A stretch of 64,000 nt of DNA from the NCBI GenBank assembly GCA_963514005.1, contig OY740815.1, positions 2,232,001 through 2,296,000 on the forward strand. Direction: 5' to 3'. Every line of letters starts with the position of its first letter. Position 1 is the first letter of the stretch. This document shows, piece after piece, positions 61,342-64,000 of this stretch. The DNA is from Raja brachyura (taxonomy: Eukaryota). The notes beneath the pieces were generated by a model, which was given only the letters and a program-made list of their open reading frames with translations, was not told where the DNA came from and made no database searches. Position numbers and translations under genes: made by a program.

Positions 61342-62100
61342 CTGCAATTAAAAAACAAGCAGGTTAGTAATTCTGATCAGGAAACAAAATTCACTTTCAT
61401 TACTCGCATTAACCGCAAATTTACAGAGCGGTTATATCAGAGATTTAAGGTGTAGTTTCAAGGTGAGGGGGCAAAGTGTAAAGATGTGCGTGGCAAGTGT
61501 TTTTTTTACACAGAAGGTGACGGGTGCCTGGCAATTAAGAGACATTTAGATAGGCACATGGATATGCAGGGAATGGAGGGATATGAATTATGTGCAGGCA
61601 TACACTTGGTCTTGACATCATGTTAGGCACAGACATTGTGGGCTGAAGGGCCTGTTCCTGTACTGTACTGTTCTATGCTCTATGATTATCAAGACGTTCC
61701 CACAAAAGTCTTTCCCAGACACGTTGTAGGCAATGAGTTTGCAAGTAGGTAATATTGTCCTTGGATTGAATAATGCTTCAGTTTGATCATTTGGGCAGCA
61801 CTGTGGCGCAGCTGGTAGAGCTGCTGCCTCACAGAGCCAGAGACGCAAGTTCAATCCTGACCTTGGGTACTGTCTGTGTGGAGCATGCACGTTCTCCCTG
61901 TGACCAAGTAGGTTTGCTCCCACATCCACATCCCTAAGACATGCGGCTATGCAGGTTGATTGGCTCTGTCAATAGCCCCCAGTGTGCATGGAGTGGATGC
62001 AAAACTGGGATAATGTGGAACTAGTGTGAACAGGTGATTGTGGGCTCAATGGGACGAGGGGCTGTTTCCGTGCTGCATCTTTAGTCATGTTTAAATACTT

Positions 62101-62288
62101 AATGTTTAAGAAGGAACTGCAAATGCTGGAAAAATCAAAGATGGACAGAAATGCTGGAGAAACTCAGCGAGTGAGGCAGCATCTATGGTGCGAAGGAATA
62201 GGTATCGAGACCCGAAACGTCGCATATTCCTTCGCTTCATAGATGCTGCCTCACCCGCTGAGTCTCTCCAGCATTTCTGTCTACCTAC
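62101..62288. mobile_element. Fold-back Penelope-derived mini-element 40 bp from an ENKD1 splice donor
   Basis: Inverted arms; TSD gtttaaatactt at 62089-62100 and 62289-62300. Confidence 0.8.
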
Positions 62289-62328
62289 GTTTAAATACTT
62301 GGTGAGTTCTGTCCAATATTTCACTCAC

Positions 62329-62478
62329 ATTTGCGATAGAATCTTCTGGAGCCTCGACACACGTCTCTGCTTTGGTTGGGCTCGGGGATGTGGATCTCTT
62401 GGGACCGACCCCAGTCCCACATCGCGAGTGAGCTTTAAGGTACTGCTGATTATCCAAAGGCTTGGGGGGCGAGTTGTC
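62329..62478 (-). CDS. ENKD1: ENKD1 internal exon (DNSPPKPLDNQQYLKAHSRCG...EDSIAN)
   Basis: ttctcctcag acceptor, AAT|GTGAGT donor, 150 nt; YLKAHSRCG resembles human ENKD1 FLRAHSRCG; earlier exons lie beyond the window. Confidence 0.85.
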
Positions 62479-64000
62479 CTGAGGAGAAATGACAGAAAAG
62501 ACAGCAATCAGTCAGCTTTTGGGCAAGTCTGCAAGCCTGGTAACAGGCATGTATTCACTGTGACTGTCTTTGACCAGACACAAATCGGAAATGCCTTTGG
62601 TAATAATTTAAGGAACTCTGCAATGCTCAGTTATGCTGCAGGTTCCGACTCGCTCATCTTGTGGAAGAAATTAAAATAGAGAAATGAAAGCCAAGGTGTC
62701 AGCCCCAATGTATGGGGGGGGGGGGGGGGGAAGCAGGAACGGGGTACTCATTTTGGATGATCAGCCATGATCATATTGAATGGTGGTGCCAGCTCAAGGG
62801 GCCGAATGGCCTACTCCTGCACCTATTCTCTATGTAGTCAGCTTATTTGACCTCCTCATGATACTTACAGTCATGACTGAGTACCAGAGACACAGGAGAT
62901 TGCCAATGCTGGGATCTAGAGCAAAACACAAAGTGCTGGAGGATCTCAGTGGGTCATCAGCATCTCTGGAGGGGATGGACAGGCAACGTTTCAGGTCAGG
63001 ACCCTTCTTCAGGCTGAAGAAGCCATAACGTCACCTGTCCATTCCCTCCTGAGATGCTGACTGGCACAGCGAGTAATTCTAGTTCATTTTCCTAAAAATG
63101 TAGTTTTAAAGTGTCCAGATAATGAATAAAGGGAAACCCTACTATTAGTGTGTCCTTTCCTTAGTGCATTTTGAGATTAGTGTCCTGGACAGTTTGGGTG
63201 TGTTGTCCCTATACTGATGGAGCATCCTTTCAATACACCTGACATTAATCAGAGATACACAAATATACAATATGTCCGTCCACAAACCAACAGCTTTGAA
63301 AATACAAAATCATAAGTTAGAGCAATAAGGTTCACAAACCTTACATTGAAAAGTTTAAAATGTTTTTTTGGTCTTGGAGATAAACTTGTCTTTCAGCCCA
63401 TCGAGTCCATGCCGACCATCGACCCCCCGTTCACACTAGTTCTATGTTATCCCACTTTCACATCCACACCCAACACACTAGGGGGCAGTATACAGAGGCC
63501 AATTCATCTGCAAACCTGCGCGTTTTTGGGATGAACCTGCGCGTTTTTGGGCAACCTCCACACAGCCAGCGTCCGAGGTCAGGGTCAAACCCGGGTCTGT
63601 GGCATCGTGAGGCGGCATCTCCACCAGCTGTGCCACTGTGCCACCCTGAAAGTGTACCACTTTGATAGCAAAAAAGTGACAATCATGGCGTGCCAGGAGT
63701 AATTTAGTTGGAATTAACAGCTACAATTTTGTTTAAAATAAGCAAAAGTCTGAAGAAAGGTTTCCACCCAAAATGTTGCCTATCCATTCCGTCTGCACAT
63801 GCTGCCTGGCGGGCTTGCTCAAGCACTATGTGGTTTACTTTTTAAAAAGATGGTCAGATTTCTACAATAGTGAACTGGAAGATGGTGCATTATATTTTAT
63901 TTTTCCTCCTCCTTAAGTTATTTAATATAATTCCATACATAGTCCACAGTTACAGCAGAGTTTGTCCCCAGGCTCTACTGACATATAATGAGGTTTGTCA

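Noticed and set aside
62185-62679. 164-aa plus-strand ORF
   Set aside because: Starts inside a Penelope mini-element and is antisense to the ENKD1 exon at 62329-62478
640-63800. Dispersed repeated motif as a CRISPR-like array
   Set aside because: Eukaryotic DNA; copies are dispersed, variably oriented and have TSDs, with no repeat-spacer periodicity
57900-64000. IKBKB, the human upstream neighbour of POLB
   Set aside because: The exons found translate to enkurin-domain ENKD1 sequence, not IKK-beta

Overview
This is vertebrate genomic DNA, most likely from a cartilaginous fish (skate/ray), inferred from the HE1-like SINE, HER1/CR1, Rex-Babar and Penelope repeat content. The window holds two minus-strand protein-coding genes that the ORF track largely misses because their exons are tiny. 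(1) A complete 14-exon DNA polymerase beta gene (POLB): ATG at 54288, stop ending at 4830, 1008 nt = 335 aa + stop, all introns GT-AG, with lyase K72 and catalytic D190/D192/D256 intact. (2) The last four coding exons of an ENKD1 (enkurin domain-containing 1) gene at 62478-57973, ending about 3.7 kb upstream of the POLB start. The introns are dense with transposons: a near full-length Rex1/Babar LINE and a young CR1 RT nested in an older CR1, Penelope (GIY-YIG) fragments, a decayed IR/DR Tc1 transposon, hAT and PIF/Harbinger MITEs, and many tRNA-derived SINEs. Intron 1 carries a 3 kb pure polypurine satellite, which produces the spurious 1064 and 915 aa ORFs. The most notable signal is a high-copy family of short Penelope-derived elements. 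Many carry a minimal hammerhead-ribozyme core (CTGAAGA-stemII-GAAACGTC), and many insert as fold-back palindromes with 10-17 bp target duplications. Several ribozyme cores are in the sense orientation of the POLB pre-mRNA. Coordinates were counted by hand: exon boundaries are checked against reading frame, and repeat boundaries are approximate unless a TSD is given.
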